The notes: generated by a model not told the origin, from the sequence alone. A stretch of 63,208 bases of DNA, filler included, from 6 parts of 6 records of this genome joined end to end with filler, not necessarily neighbours in it, one strand, 5' to 3'. Positions 28,278 to 39,406 are shown, numbered from the whole stretch's first letter. A program made the numbers and translations.

Positions 28278-29379
28278 GCACGATCTGTCAACATATAAAC
28301 AAGATTCTAATTTCTATGAATCATTTTCATTACTCACTACGGTAAAAAGCTTTGATTTACAGGCAATTCGTGAACGATATTTAAAAACCCGTGCTAAAAA
28401 ATCGAATCGCACGGGAAGTGTAGAACGCAGAAAAGTAAGTATTGGAGGAATTGTGCATCTGGGTATTGAAAAAGGGAAACTCTCCTACTCCAATATTTTG
28501 GCCAAATTGCCTGAACCACGTGGAATTCATTGTGTGGATGATATTATAGCGCTTTCATCTGAGAACAAAGCTTTTGTAATTCAGAATGACACTATTTATA
28601 CAATTCAGGATGAGTGGTTTAGCTACATTCATACGGTTCAGATTGATAAAAACAATCGCTCAAAACTACTAATCAGCTCATCAGGATTTGATTGCATATT
28701 TGAGTACGATTATTTGAAAAATGAAAAAACCTTTGAATGGTTTGCCTGGGAAAATGGCTTTGCACATGGGAAAGACCCTGAAACAGGTGGAAAAGTCTTT
28801 CTTACACGCAATCAAGCTCAAGCAGAAAAATACAAAAAAGAAGGTACTCCGCACATTTTCATTACCGATCCTGTAAACAATCCACTTCCCACAGCCAAAC
28901 GAGCAGCCTTTATAAACTCAGTAGTGTACGATCAGCAACCCGGACAACTATTGGGTACTTTTTTCCATGAAGGTGCCGTATTTGCCATTAATAGAGCTTC
29001 TGGAAACGCCGAAAAAGTTTTAGACAATCTTAAAAATCCACATGGAGGTCAGGCTCTTAACACACAATTCATGGGAACCAGCACAGGTTCTGGTGAATTG
29101 GTTATTGGAAACGACACTAAACAGAATCGTTACGATTTCCGCAATCTACCTGGCAAACCAGAATATTTAGTTGATATGGAATGGATTCAAAACTCTATAA
29201 TTGTTGGCGACAATATCATCTCAATTGACAGTAATCGCAATGCTTTCGTGATCTTCAATCCTGAAAAAAAGCTCATCGATTTTATACCTTATGACAACAA
29301 TTGGGCTGTGCAGGATATAGCTATTACTGAAGTTTCAAAGGAACAGGCTGATGTGATAAGGCGGTTGGAAGAGATGTAA
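28264..29379 (+). CDS. Hypothetical protein (beta-rich, possibly propeller-like), overlapping the GT4 gene
   Basis: 371-aa ORF with a 14-nt overlap; EPRGI, YIHTV, FINSV and NPHG blade-like segments. Confidence 0.75.
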   Translation: MKITKHDLSTYKQDSNFYESFSLLTTVKSFDLQAIRERYLKTRAKKSNRTGSVERRKVSIGGIVHLGIEKGKLSYSNILAKLPEPRGIHCVDDIIALSSENKAFVIQNDTIYTIQDEWFSYIHTVQIDKNNRSKLLISSSGFDCIFEYDYLKNEKTFEWFAWENGFAHGKDPETGGKVFLTRNQAQAEKYKKEGTPHIFITDPVNNPLPTAKRAAFINSVVYDQQPGQLLGTFFHEGAVFAINRASGNAEKVLDNLKNPHGGQALNTQFMGTSTGSGELVIGNDTKQNRYDFRNLPGKPEYLVDMEWIQNSIIVGDNIISIDSNRNAFVIFNPEKKLIDFIPYDNNWAVQDIAITEVSKEQADVIRRLEEM

Positions 29380-29424
29380 AAACCGGGAAGATTAACTCCT
29401 ACCGGTTCTCAGATCCTATTGTAA

Positions 29425-31230
29425 CTAATTATTAATATCCTTAATACACCTTACTGATCTACCTGCGGGTTTATCATCATCACTTTGATTTATGTAATCA
29501 CCATTTAAATGAATAGTATAAAAAATTGCATTATACTCATCAACTTCTTCATTTGTCCAAAAAGATGCATAAGTACCTAAATAATAAAAATTATATACTA
29601 CAAAGCCTCTATAACCACCTGGTAATGCACTAAAATTATAATAATTGTCTCCTTCGTAGCCTTCTTGCCAAATTTCCATACTTTTCAGTTTGTATGCAGC
29701 AATATCCTCTCCACCTACATAATCTATTAATTCTTCCCATTCTTGTATTGACGGCAAATGCCATCCATCTGGACAAGCATTGTGAGCTGCATCCCATGTA
29801 TATAAACGTCCATAAATATCGCCATTTTCAGAGCTATTTTCATACCACCAGGAATCTCCGGTATAATAGTTCATATTTTCCGCCAACCATGTTTGATCTC
29901 CGATGGTAACAATTTTATATTCTTGACCATCTCGAATATCAATAATTGTTTCTAATTCATCACTAATTTGTGCACTAAATGATTTTTCTAAGTCATTGAA
30001 ATCATCTTCGTACTTAACAAGTAATTGTAATTCTAATGGATCAGAATAATCGTAATTTTCATCCACATTCATCGTTAATGAAATAACACCATCTTCAGAA
30101 AGCTCTGAAATTACCTCTACATTTGAATCATCAACAGAAAATGAATAATTCTCAAAAATTTCAGTTTCAACATTATATGTGGCATTACTAAGAGTTTCCA
30201 GACTAAAAGCAGGCAACAAATCAATATCCGAAAAGAATACATTATCATTAACAAATGTTATAACTGTATTAATAGTGTTGATAATGGTGTTAAATTTATC
30301 AAATGAATTAAAAAATACGAGAACGTCGCTCACATTATCATCTCTATCGCTATTAGACAATACCCTATTATTAGTTTGAAATTCCATCTCTTTAGCTACA
30401 CCATTACTAAATGTAAGATCATCTTGTTTTTCACCTAATATACTTCCAATTGTAATTCCTAGTATTTTTAACCTGCTAAAAGTAATTTCTGTCCCAAACT
30501 GTTTAGCTTTTATAAATCCAACTAAAGCTATCCCAACCCCAATAGATTTATCTGCCAGAGTTGGGGCAAATTTTGCAACTGCAGCACCAGTTCCAAGCGC
30601 TAATACGGAAACTTTAAATTTAGTAAGAGTAGAAACACAAAAAATGCAATCTTCAGTTGATTTATACTCTTCATAATTATCATATAATATCTCTTCAAAA
30701 ATCTCTTTATTAGCCTCATAATAATAAGCTGTCGCCTGCTTTTCAGACACATTTAATGAAGAAATATAGTCAGCCAATTGACTGGAGTAATTGGAAATCA
30801 CACCTTTATATTCTGAGGTATCGGGCAAAGAATTTGCAAAACTACTTATTCCTGAATTTACACTGGTTAGTATTTCATCCGGACTCCCAGTCAACACTAC
30901 TTCAATAACCTCAAAATTGTTTTTGTATAATCCCAAGCCGTCAATTTCCAAATCATATACTGAATTGGGTTCAACTGCAGGTACAGCCAGCATAAGCACA
31001 GTATCATTATACTTATTTAAAGTTATACTCGTAATCCCAAAAGTGGCGTTATATTCATTCATAGTAAGTATCCCGGCATCAAAAACCAAAGGAATTAATT
31101 CGTATTGTTTGACCACGACTGTTTCTAATTCAGTTACTTCATTTTCAGTTGATTCTTCTTCACAACTTATGAACTGTGATAAAAATAACAATGAAATTAC
31201 AACTAATAAAAATTTGCTTATTCTTTTCAT
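29425..31230 (-). CDS. Lipoprotein with C-terminal FISUMP (Fibrobacter major paralogous) domain
   Basis: Lipobox FISC; DIRDGQEYKIVTIGDQTWLAENMNY, YGRLYTW, CPDGWHLPS..EW, FSALPGG and SVRCIKD motifs. Confidence 0.88.
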   Translation of the reverse strand: MKRISKFLLVVISLLFLSQFISCEEESTENEVTELETVVVKQYELIPLVFDAGILTMNEYNATFGITSITLNKYNDTVLMLAVPAVEPNSVYDLEIDGLGLYKNNFEVIEVVLTGSPDEILTSVNSGISSFANSLPDTSEYKGVISNYSSQLADYISSLNVSEKQATAYYYEANKEIFEEILYDNYEEYKSTEDCIFCVSTLTKFKVSVLALGTGAAVAKFAPTLADKSIGVGIALVGFIKAKQFGTEITFSRLKILGITIGSILGEKQDDLTFSNGVAKEMEFQTNNRVLSNSDRDDNVSDVLVFFNSFDKFNTIINTINTVITFVNDNVFFSDIDLLPAFSLETLSNATYNVETEIFENYSFSVDDSNVEVISELSEDGVISLTMNVDENYDYSDPLELQLLVKYEDDFNDLEKSFSAQISDELETIIDIRDGQEYKIVTIGDQTWLAENMNYYTGDSWWYENSSENGDIYGRLYTWDAAHNACPDGWHLPSIQEWEELIDYVGGEDIAAYKLKSMEIWQEGYEGDNYYNFSALPGGYRGFVVYNFYYLGTYASFWTNEEVDEYNAIFYTIHLNGDYINQSDDDKPAGRSVRCIKDINN

Positions 31231-31248
31231 GATTGTATGTTTTAGTTA

Positions 31249-32601
31249 TTATTTTTCTAACGCATCCTTACTTATAAATTTTCGCCATTTCTCAATAGCT
31301 TCCTTGCGTTGTTCGGTGGTCAATACTTCTTTGTTTAAGGAATAATCCATAACAGTGTTTATCTCAAAATAATTGCTTCCTTCAATTAGTGTATGGGCAG
31401 TTACATAAATGTCCCTGAGCTTTGGAATTTTCATAATGCTTTCTAACCCATCTTTCATATTCTCTATAGTCATTGAGAATTCCTCAAGGTTGGGAAATTT
31501 GTGTATGTTGGCATTCCAATTTTGGAGATTATCAATGGTATTGAGCGAAATTTCTTTTAAACTTTTCTTACAAGTCAATTTTGAAAGATCATACTGCAAG
31601 GGCTTACTTGAACGACTTGAAATCTCCAGATATTCAAGGTTTGGCAAATGATGAACGAATTCAGGCACACTGTAGTCAGAAAAATAGGCTCTAACAGCTA
31701 AAAACTTAAGATTTTGCATGCCTGCCAATTCTTCTTCAAAATACATATTGGTAACCAAATAAGCTTCAGGTTTTCCATATCGTGTAATACGTCCAATAAT
31801 AAGGGTTTCGAGAGAAGTTAATTGCGCAAAACGTTTGTCTATGGTAATTAACTTGGGATTTCCACCCATGAAAATCGTTTTAAGCTTTTTTAGCTGAAAA
31901 AACTCGTCCGGTAACTCCCTAAACTGATTTCCTTCAAGATTAGCAAACTCCGCATTGATGCATTTACCTATAGCGCTGGGTAAATATTCTAGTTTTAAAT
32001 AAGATAAATCAATTTGAGTTACTGTATCAGGCTTAGCAAGTAATGTTTTTAATTTTTCGGGGTATGCTTTCAATGGATGCTTATAAAATGTACGCGACGG
32101 TTGAGGCAATTCTGAGAACTTATTGTGTTCAAAAGGAATTAATGTATCTCCGGTTTTGTAATCCAGGTAACCCCATTTACCATTTTGCCTTGAAGCTACC
32201 ATCTCAACGCCATTTTCATAGACATATCGGAGCATTTCATACTTGCAACGCAACAGTTCTGCTCCTCCAGAACCACTCCAATTTGCTTCTACTACTCCAT
32301 ATTTACCATTCTTTTTAGCAATAGTAAATCCAACATTAAAAGCAAAAAAGCCTAAGCTATCATACCGCATAGAGACTAACCTTGTAGGACGTTTACCGGC
32401 CTCTATAGACTGGTACATTCCCCATTTCTTAGTCTTTTTGTGTTGAGCCAAAAAAACGCCATCGCCATTGTTCGGATCCCAAACAATAGCTTTGGCGTTT
32501 AGTATGTTTTTAAGGTATTTTTCCTGGTTTTCTTGCGCTATCCCATTTATCGACGATAGAATCACCAATACAACAGATATGGATCGATATATGGCCTTCA
32601 T
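31249..32601 (-). CDS. Secreted WG-repeat plus leucine-rich-repeat protein
   Basis: Signal peptide; KWG, KYG and NGKWGYLD..G..LIPFE WG-type repeats; LxxLxLxxN LRR segments. Confidence 0.78.
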   Translation of the reverse strand: MKAIYRSISVVLVILSSINGIAQENQEKYLKNILNAKAIVWDPNNGDGVFLAQHKKTKKWGMYQSIEAGKRPTRLVSMRYDSLGFFAFNVGFTIAKKNGKYGVVEANWSGSGGAELLRCKYEMLRYVYENGVEMVASRQNGKWGYLDYKTGDTLIPFEHNKFSELPQPSRTFYKHPLKAYPEKLKTLLAKPDTVTQIDLSYLKLEYLPSAIGKCINAEFANLEGNQFRELPDEFFQLKKLKTIFMGGNPKLITIDKRFAQLTSLETLIIGRITRYGKPEAYLVTNMYFEEELAGMQNLKFLAVRAYFSDYSVPEFVHHLPNLEYLEISSRSSKPLQYDLSKLTCKKSLKEISLNTIDNLQNWNANIHKFPNLEEFSMTIENMKDGLESIMKIPKLRDIYVTAHTLIEGSNYFEINTVMDYSLNKEVLTTEQRKEAIEKWRKFISKDALEK

Positions 32602-32607
32602 TTTAAA

Positions 32608-33003
32608 TTATTTCTTGAATGTCAAACCCTGTAACACAAGCGTTGTGGTGCTTTCATTAAAAGATACAGTTTCAGGTGAAGGAAGTACCATTGGATCAAA
32701 ACTTAAATCATCACAAATCATTGTTGCAGAATTATCAAGATAAGTAACGGTTAAAGAGTTGCCTGATAAACTCCAATCAAATGGCAATACATAATCACAC
32801 TCATATCCATATTCACATGTTTGATCAAAGAATAAATGCCCACCTCCGTCACTATCAAATTTTACGAAGCCATATGGATCACAATGGTTAATTAATAAAA
32901 ATGATTTTTCAGTTAATTTATCAGTTATTGAATCTTCTTCTTTTTCACATGACAAGATTAACCCTGCAGCTAAAAGTGCAAATGCAATTAATTTAATTTT
33001 CAT
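32608..33003 (-). CDS. Small lipoprotein (beta-rich, Cys-containing)
   Basis: Lipobox ILSC followed by EKEED acidic export-like signal. Confidence 0.75.
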   Translation of the reverse strand: MKIKLIAFALLAAGLILSCEKEEDSITDKLTEKSFLLINHCDPYGFVKFDSDGGGHLFFDQTCEYGYECDYVLPFDWSLSGNSLTVTYLDNSATMICDDLSFDPMVLPSPETVSFNESTTTLVLQGLTFKK

Positions 33004-33008
33004 AATTG

Positions 33009-35282
33009 TTAGTTTTTAAGTGTACTATGTGTTCTGTATAAATCTCTCTTTAAATCGCCCATTGTTGCTTTTAGCCCCATCTCAATAGGATTAAGTTTTG
33101 AAGGTTTCTTTTTAGGCGCTAAACGACCATTTTGATTATTTCTAAGTGTGTATAATAAAATAGCTTTTGATTTTTTAAAGTCCTGGTTTGACTGAGCTAT
33201 TACATTACCTGATTTGTCTTTCAATTGAGCATTTATGTCAAATTTAAATGTTGAAATTCCTCCAGGCAACCCGAAATAAACAGGGAGTACACCATATATA
33301 AACATAATCCAATGATTATTTGATGCTTTAAGTTTATTTACATTGATTGTCAGATAATAATCAGCATCAGCCATATTGCTAGTCAAATTAGGATAAAGCC
33401 CCGATTGCAAATCAGCAAGCATAGCTTCTTTCACAAAAGAAGGTAAATCCTTTATGGCCATTACTTTCTTTTTAGCTCCAGAAGTAACCTGAAAGTCAAC
33501 ATATACTTTATCTTTAATAGGTAATACACCACTATTGTCAAAATAATACTTTGCAACCAGCATTTCATTATTGTTATTACCGAAACTAATGCCGTGTTTA
33601 AACATTTTTTGACCATCGTAAGAAACATTAGAATAGAAATTATCTTTCTTTTTGAGTTTTTTACGGAATTCACGAGCTGTTAAGACTGGTAAATCAGCCG
33701 AAAAATCGAGTGCTCCTGCACTGACAGATGTCGAACTAGCCCCGGCAATAGCTCCAGTAGCTAACAGGCCTCCTGCAGCCCCCAATGTTGCATTACCTCC
33801 TGTAGAAGTTTGTGCGTAAGCAGGTTGAGTAACTACCGCTCCACTTTCAGTGACTGAAAATGAAACCACTCCAATTTGACCAGCTGTTACACTTACAGTC
33901 TGTGATTGATCAACTGTCATTCCCATATCATCTTTTGCACTGAGGTTAACTGTATGTTCTCCTGTGGGTAAATCTAATCTCGTATAGGAAATAGTATGAG
34001 GCAATAAATACCATCCACGTGTGTCAGCTCTTTCAGATTTTGAAGCCGCTTTATCTACTCCTTTATCAATAGCTTTATTCACAATTCCAGAGAAATTGCT
34101 AACTCCCGGAATATAAGATGCAGCTCTTTTTAATCCTTTCTTAGCCAGAGCTTTACCTGCATTTTTAGTCAGGCTTCGAGCCAACATTGTTCCCAATTCT
34201 CTAAATTTCTTATCTGATAAGGATTGAATTAATATTTTGCTTACATCTTCAGCCACATATAAATCGGACGAAACATCTCCCACAGTTACAGTTGCACTGG
34301 TATATTTTTCAGATTTAGGAGCATAATAAGGATATGCCATTGTTGTTGGACCACCTCCCAATAATCTTGAAATACCCGCTCCTGCTGCAGCAGCGCCTGC
34401 AGGAAATTGCTCTCCTGTTTGGGTATTTATGAATCCTAAACCGCCATTCATTTGAGTTGGCTGCATAGTCATTTTGGTTTCGAGCTTTTTGGCAGCCTGA
34501 CCATTTTTCCATAACACAACTAACTGTCCTTTATTGGGATCAAGATCAATGTCTGTAATTCCAAATTTTGTCATATAGGTATTCAGCGCTGATTCATTAT
34601 TGGACAATTTTGCAGCTCGTATAAGATCTTTTTTAAGTTGTTCGGGCGCCTTTACACTGAAATTTATATCATAGTTTATATTATAAAGTTCATAAGCCTC
34701 TTTGTAGGCAGTATAGGCATTTTCAAATTGTCCGTTTTGCTCATAAGCAATACCGATCATAATGTATAATAATGCATCTTTAGTATAGCTTTTCTTACCC
34801 TTCTTAGCTTCAATTTCAGCAATGCGCGCATTCATCTTATCGACCTCACCTATAGCTGATTGCGACTCTCCCATTCGTAAATAATTATAAATCTTAAAAT
34901 AATGAATTAACATTTGTTCTGCTGCTTCACCTTCATAATTGGTTACCAACGGATTAGTCAACATTGAAAGACCTTTCTTTCCTACATCTGCACCAAAATT
35001 GTTTATGGTTTGATAAGCTTTATCGAAATATTGATTACTTTCTGAATATTTGCCCATTTCTGACAAAATTGTTGCCTTGAACAATTCGTAAAGTAACTGG
35101 TCTTTTCCCTCAGCCAAATCAATCGAGTTTGATTCAAGAATACCCATGGCACCCTCTAAATCTCCTGAATAAAAACTATTAGAAGCTTTTTCAAAAGTTA
35201 AAAGGTGTTTTGCACCAATTTGTGCTTGTACATTTCCTGCAAAAAGGATAATGAATACAATTAAAGTAATGTTTCTCAGCAT
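33009..35282 (-). CDS. COG3014-like TPR-containing exported protein with an extra C-terminal domain
   Basis: Signal peptide; YEGEAAEQMLIHYFK and ERADTRGWYLLP motifs typical of COG3014 proteins; Ala/Gly/Ser/Thr linker followed by about 230 extra aa. Confidence 0.72.
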   Translation of the reverse strand: MLRNITLIVFIILFAGNVQAQIGAKHLLTFEKASNSFYSGDLEGAMGILESNSIDLAEGKDQLLYELFKATILSEMGKYSESNQYFDKAYQTINNFGADVGKKGLSMLTNPLVTNYEGEAAEQMLIHYFKIYNYLRMGESQSAIGEVDKMNARIAEIEAKKGKKSYTKDALLYIMIGIAYEQNGQFENAYTAYKEAYELYNINYDINFSVKAPEQLKKDLIRAAKLSNNESALNTYMTKFGITDIDLDPNKGQLVVLWKNGQAAKKLETKMTMQPTQMNGGLGFINTQTGEQFPAGAAAAGAGISRLLGGGPTTMAYPYYAPKSEKYTSATVTVGDVSSDLYVAEDVSKILIQSLSDKKFRELGTMLARSLTKNAGKALAKKGLKRAASYIPGVSNFSGIVNKAIDKGVDKAASKSERADTRGWYLLPHTISYTRLDLPTGEHTVNLSAKDDMGMTVDQSQTVSVTAGQIGVVSFSVTESGAVVTQPAYAQTSTGGNATLGAAGGLLATGAIAGASSTSVSAGALDFSADLPVLTAREFRKKLKKKDNFYSNVSYDGQKMFKHGISFGNNNNEMLVAKYYFDNSGVLPIKDKVYVDFQVTSGAKKKVMAIKDLPSFVKEAMLADLQSGLYPNLTSNMADADYYLTINVNKLKASNNHWIMFIYGVLPVYFGLPGGISTFKFDINAQLKDKSGNVIAQSNQDFKKSKAILLYTLRNNQNGRLAPKKKPSKLNPIEMGLKATMGDLKRDLYRTHSTLKN

Positions 35283-35469
35283 GATATGAATATTTAATTA
35301 GTAGTTAAGGATGCTATTATCCTATAAGCTAACATATTTTATTTGATGATGTTTAAATAAAATTGTTAACAAAATTTAAACATTTTATCTACAGTGGCTT
35401 AAAAGATAAATTTCGGTTTAACATTTGATATTTGTAAATTTGAATAATACAACCTAAAAAACACTAATT

Positions 35470-36681
35470 ATGAAACACTTAGCTACTATCCTATTATTAT
35501 GGTTGCCAATTAGTTGTTTTACTCAACAATGGGACGCCATTAACGAAAACCATGAAGCTGTTTCGTTCATTGAATTTCTTCCAAAAATATATTTTGGGTC
35601 AAATGAATCGCTTTTTGTAGAAAATGAAAACGCATTTGTTGAACTTTTCTATGATCTTGAAGTTACTGACGGAATTCATTTTGATGATTCCTGTGCGCTT
35701 GTAACCATAGGGTCCGGAAGTTACTCAGATGCGGTTTATAAAGTTAATTTGTATACAGGTGTCTCAGAAGTTTCTGAATATTTCTATTATCCTAAAGTAA
35801 TAGAGCTACTCAATGGTAATTATTATTGTGGTTATAATGGAGGAATATCCAAATCCGCTGATGGAATATCATGGACTCAGGTCTGTTCTCTGCAAAACGA
35901 CAGTGTAATTACAGATATATTCTTTGATGAAAATAAAGTAATGGCCATTGGCAACTTCAATAATTCCTCTTTCATTCTTAGATCTGAAGATGATGGTCCT
36001 TTTGAGTTTATTGAACCATTACTTCTACCCTGCCACGCTGCAGCATATGATCAAATAAACCATAAGTTGTATGTAGGCGTTTACAACATGTCAGACTCGG
36101 ACGGTTTATATGTATCAAATGATTACGGAAGCACCTTTGAATTAGTAAGATACATGGATTCTATTAATGCACTTTATGTGCTATATAATAATTTATTGGG
36201 AATTGGAGTTGCTAATCATACAGGTGATTATAACGGGGTTTATCTATATCACACAGAAACTGATATCCTAAGTAATGTATCGGGAAATTTACCTAATAAA
36301 AATGTATGTAATTTAACGATACATCCGTTCATGAACTGCTTAAATATCATAGCCTGTACGCCTGATGGTGCTTACAAATCATGTGATGCGATAACTGGTG
36401 TTGAATCTCCAGAAATTCATTCTCAGAATATTAGAATTTATCCAAATCCTACTGGTTCTGACATAAATATTTCTTTCATTCTAGACAAAACACACCGGTA
36501 TAAGCTAAAAGTATTTAATGTGTCTGGAAAAAAAGTATTTGAAGATAGTTTTACAGGTGTTAGAGGTGAGACAAAGATTATAAGTGTAGAGAAATTGCAA
36601 GATATGGCCTCAGGAATATATTTCATTCAAATTGAAAGAGGAAAGGAAATTATTACAAATCAAAAGGTCATAAAGTATTAA
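35470..36681 (+). CDS. Secreted beta-propeller-like protein with T9SS type A sorting domain
   Basis: Signal peptide; SxDG.SW and SNDYGSTF BNR-like repeats; IYPNP...SGIYFIQI...QKVIK C-terminal domain. Confidence 0.85.
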   Translation: MKHLATILLLWLPISCFTQQWDAINENHEAVSFIEFLPKIYFGSNESLFVENENAFVELFYDLEVTDGIHFDDSCALVTIGSGSYSDAVYKVNLYTGVSEVSEYFYYPKVIELLNGNYYCGYNGGISKSADGISWTQVCSLQNDSVITDIFFDENKVMAIGNFNNSSFILRSEDDGPFEFIEPLLLPCHAAAYDQINHKLYVGVYNMSDSDGLYVSNDYGSTFELVRYMDSINALYVLYNNLLGIGVANHTGDYNGVYLYHTETDILSNVSGNLPNKNVCNLTIHPFMNCLNIIACTPDGAYKSCDAITGVESPEIHSQNIRIYPNPTGSDINISFILDKTHRYKLKVFNVSGKKVFEDSFTGVRGETKIISVEKLQDMASGIYFIQIERGKEIITNQKVIKY

Positions 36682-36708
36682 ACATTTAAATCAATACAAG
36701 CTAAACAA

Positions 36709-36745
36709 AGAAAGCTCAATGATCTGTCAATTCATTGAGCTTTCT
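36709..36745. terminator. Bidirectional intrinsic terminator
   Basis: 14-bp inverted repeat AGAAAGCTCAATGA / TCATTGAGCTTTCT between convergent genes. Confidence 0.8.
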
Positions 36746-36760
36746 CTATTTATTTTAGTG

Positions 36761-37531
36761 CTAGTTTTTTCTTAAAACATAGCTATAATACACATATTTA
36801 CCAGATTCAATTTGGCGATAAGTTTCTGAACCTATAGTTCCTGCAAAATTAAGGGCCACCTTATGTAAAAATCTTGGGGCCAACTTTTTCACCAACTCCC
36901 TCTTGCGAGGATCATCAAGCTTTAAAGCTTCCAACACCTCATTGTTTATTACTTTCTCTTTTTCAATGGATAATCCACTTTCAGCTAATTGCTTCTTAAG
37001 TTCATCCATTTCATGATTGTAACGAAAATCAGTGTAGAGGAAATATCCACCTGGACGTAATATTCTTTTTACCTCACCCAGGAAAGCCATCATATCTGGA
37101 TAGCGGTGTGATGATTCAACATTAAGAATAGCATCTGCTTCCTGATCTTCAAAATGCAAATTTTGAGCGTCACCCTGGTAAAAGCTTAATCCTTCGTGGT
37201 TGTAATGATTATTGCTAAAATTCACAGCCCTTTTGTCCAAATCAACTCCTCGAGCTGTTCCTGGTTTGTGTTTTACTGTTACGTGAGACAGTCCACCACC
37301 ACGTCCACATCCAATTTCGATTAAATCTCTACCCTTCAAATCAACTGCTGAGGCAAGGTGATCATATAATTGAATCGAATATCTGTTATTTTCATCTTTT
37401 TCAGATAATTGAACCTTTTCATCTTCATTATGATAACCATAATTCATGAATAGAATTTCAGCATTCTTGTCAACCTTATTGACATACCAATACCACATTT
37501 GAAACAGTCTTTCGCGCAGGCTAAATTTCAT
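36761..37531 (-). CDS. Class I SAM-dependent methyltransferase (resembling the mycobacterial lipid O-methyltransferase family)
   Basis: FMNYGY, IQLY.HLA, EIGCGRGGG, GDAQNL.F, NVESSHRYP and RILRPGG motifs. Confidence 0.85.
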   Translation of the reverse strand: MKFSLRERLFQMWYWYVNKVDKNAEILFMNYGYHNEDEKVQLSEKDENNRYSIQLYDHLASAVDLKGRDLIEIGCGRGGGLSHVTVKHKPGTARGVDLDKRAVNFSNNHYNHEGLSFYQGDAQNLHFEDQEADAILNVESSHRYPDMMAFLGEVKRILRPGGYFLYTDFRYNHEMDELKKQLAESGLSIEKEKVINNEVLEALKLDDPRKRELVKKLAPRFLHKVALNFAGTIGSETYRQIESGKYVYYSYVLRKN

Positions 37532-37658
37532 TTTATTTGTTTTAATTATTTGTCAGTTAGTTTTATTCAAAACGCAACAAAACTATGAAAAAACTCAATA
37601 CAAATGACATGATTTATAATAATGAGTCATTTTTAATGGGAAGTACCTTATAATCAAT

Positions 37659-37889
37659 TCATTTCTTCCGATAAAGTCTTTGCAAATAGTAAATAATTCC
37701 GAAAATTATACTTAATGCTGCAAAAATGATCAATGACATAATAAAAAACTCCAGCAGCACTAATGATTTGTCAGTATACAATGGATCGTTATCCAAGCCA
37801 TAACCAACAAGAGTAATCATTACGGCACCTAAATAAAGTAGTCCTATTCTCTTTAAAAGCTTCATTTTTTTGACACAAATAAACGTCAA
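37659..37889 (-). CDS. Small two-TM membrane protein
   Basis: Two hydrophobic helices; lies directly downstream of abgT. Confidence 0.55.
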   Translation of the reverse strand: MTFICVKKMKLLKRIGLLYLGAVMITLVGYGLDNDPLYTDKSLVLLEFFIMSLIIFAALSIIFGIIYYLQRLYRKK

Positions 37890-37900
37890 AAATCAGTGAA

Positions 37901-39406
37901 TTACAAATGCAAATTAACTCCCGGACCCAATGGAATATCGAGCCACACCCATACAACTAATAAAATTATCCAAACAATGAAAAATGCTATCGTATAAGGC
38001 AACATGGTTGAAATAATGGTTCCAATACCTGCCTTTTTATCGTATTTTTGAATAAATGCAATAATAAGTGCAAAGAAACTCATCATTGGTGAAATTATAT
38101 TAGTTACACTATCACCAATACGAAAAACAACCTGGCTTAATTCAGGTGAATAACCTAAAAACATAAATACCGGGATAAAAATTGGTCCTAATACTGCCCA
38201 TTTAGCTGATGCACTTCCCATAAACATATTGATGGTTGCAGAAAGAATCACAAACATGATGAGAAGAGGTATTAAACCTACATCCATATGCACCAAAAAA
38301 TCAGCACCTTTAATGGCAAATATTAATCCCAGATTACTCCACTTAAAATAGGCTACAAATTGGGCAGCAAAAAACACAAGAACTATATAAGAAGCCAATG
38401 TCTTCATACTGTCTGTCATTCCATTAACAACATCTGAGTCGTTTTTATATTTACCCACAGTAATTCCATAAGCTAAACCTGCTCCCCCGGCTAAAATAAA
38501 TAACCACGCTACAACACCCTCAATAACTGGGGAATTTAGCACGGTCCCATCATGTCCGCGTAAAAAGCCATTTTCTGGTATTAAACCAACTAAAACAATT
38601 GCAATTATTCCCAAAGAAGTATATCCCGCAGCTCTTAATCCTTTTCTCTCTTTTTTTTCAAGGGGATGTAAATCTTCTTTGTGATCACCGGTATATTCAC
38701 CCAAACGCGGAGCTACAATTCGCTCAGTAACCCAGGTTCCTGCTGCTGCAATAACAAATGTAGATGCTATCATAAAGAAATAATTAGCTGTTGGATTAAC
38801 CACATAATCAGGATCCACAATCTGCGCTGCTTCCGTTGAAAGACCTGCCAATAATGGGTCAATAGTTCCCAGAATAAGGTTAGCACTGAATCCACCTGAT
38901 ACTCCGGAAAATGCTGCAGCCATGCCTACTATTGGATGTCGACCAACTGAAAGAAAAATAACTCCTGCTAAGGGTATTAACAATACATAACCTATATCAC
39001 TAGCGAAATTTGATAAGATACCAGAAAACACAAGAATAAAGGTTAATAAGCGTTTAGGTGCACTCAAAACCAACTTCCTAATAAGAGCTCCAATTAGTCC
39101 ACTACCTTCAGCCATTCCAATACCCAACATAGCAACCAATACAATTCCCAAAGGAGCAAAACTTGTGAAGTTTTCTACCATCTCTAATAACACCCGGTGA
39201 AAACCTTCCTTAGAAAGTAAATTAACAGGCTCAACTAATTCCTTCGTCACAGGATGAATAGCAGTCCAATCCACCAAATAAGCTATCAATGAAAATACTA
39301 AAACACTACCCGCCATTAAGGCAAATAAGGTTGCAGGATGAGGAAGTGCATTACCAACTTTCTCTACAAAATTCAGAAAAGAAAATTTCTTGAGCGCTTT
39401 AAACAT
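37901..39406 (-). CDS. abgT: AbgT family transporter
   Basis: [43 protein letters not shown] and [12 protein letters not shown] motifs. Confidence 0.93.
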   Translation of the reverse strand: MFKALKKFSFLNFVEKVGNALPHPATLFALMAGSVLVFSLIAYLVDWTAIHPVTKELVEPVNLLSKEGFHRVLLEMVENFTSFAPLGIVLVAMLGIGMAEGSGLIGALIRKLVLSAPKRLLTFILVFSGILSNFASDIGYVLLIPLAGVIFLSVGRHPIVGMAAAFSGVSGGFSANLILGTIDPLLAGLSTEAAQIVDPDYVVNPTANYFFMIASTFVIAAAGTWVTERIVAPRLGEYTGDHKEDLHPLEKKERKGLRAAGYTSLGIIAIVLVGLIPENGFLRGHDGTVLNSPVIEGVVAWLFILAGGAGLAYGITVGKYKNDSDVVNGMTDSMKTLASYIVLVFFAAQFVAYFKWSNLGLIFAIKGADFLVHMDVGLIPLLIMFVILSATINMFMGSASAKWAVLGPIFIPVFMFLGYSPELSQVVFRIGDSVTNIISPMMSFFALIIAFIQKYDKKAGIGTIISTMLPYTIAFFIVWIILLVVWVWLDIPLGPGVNLHL

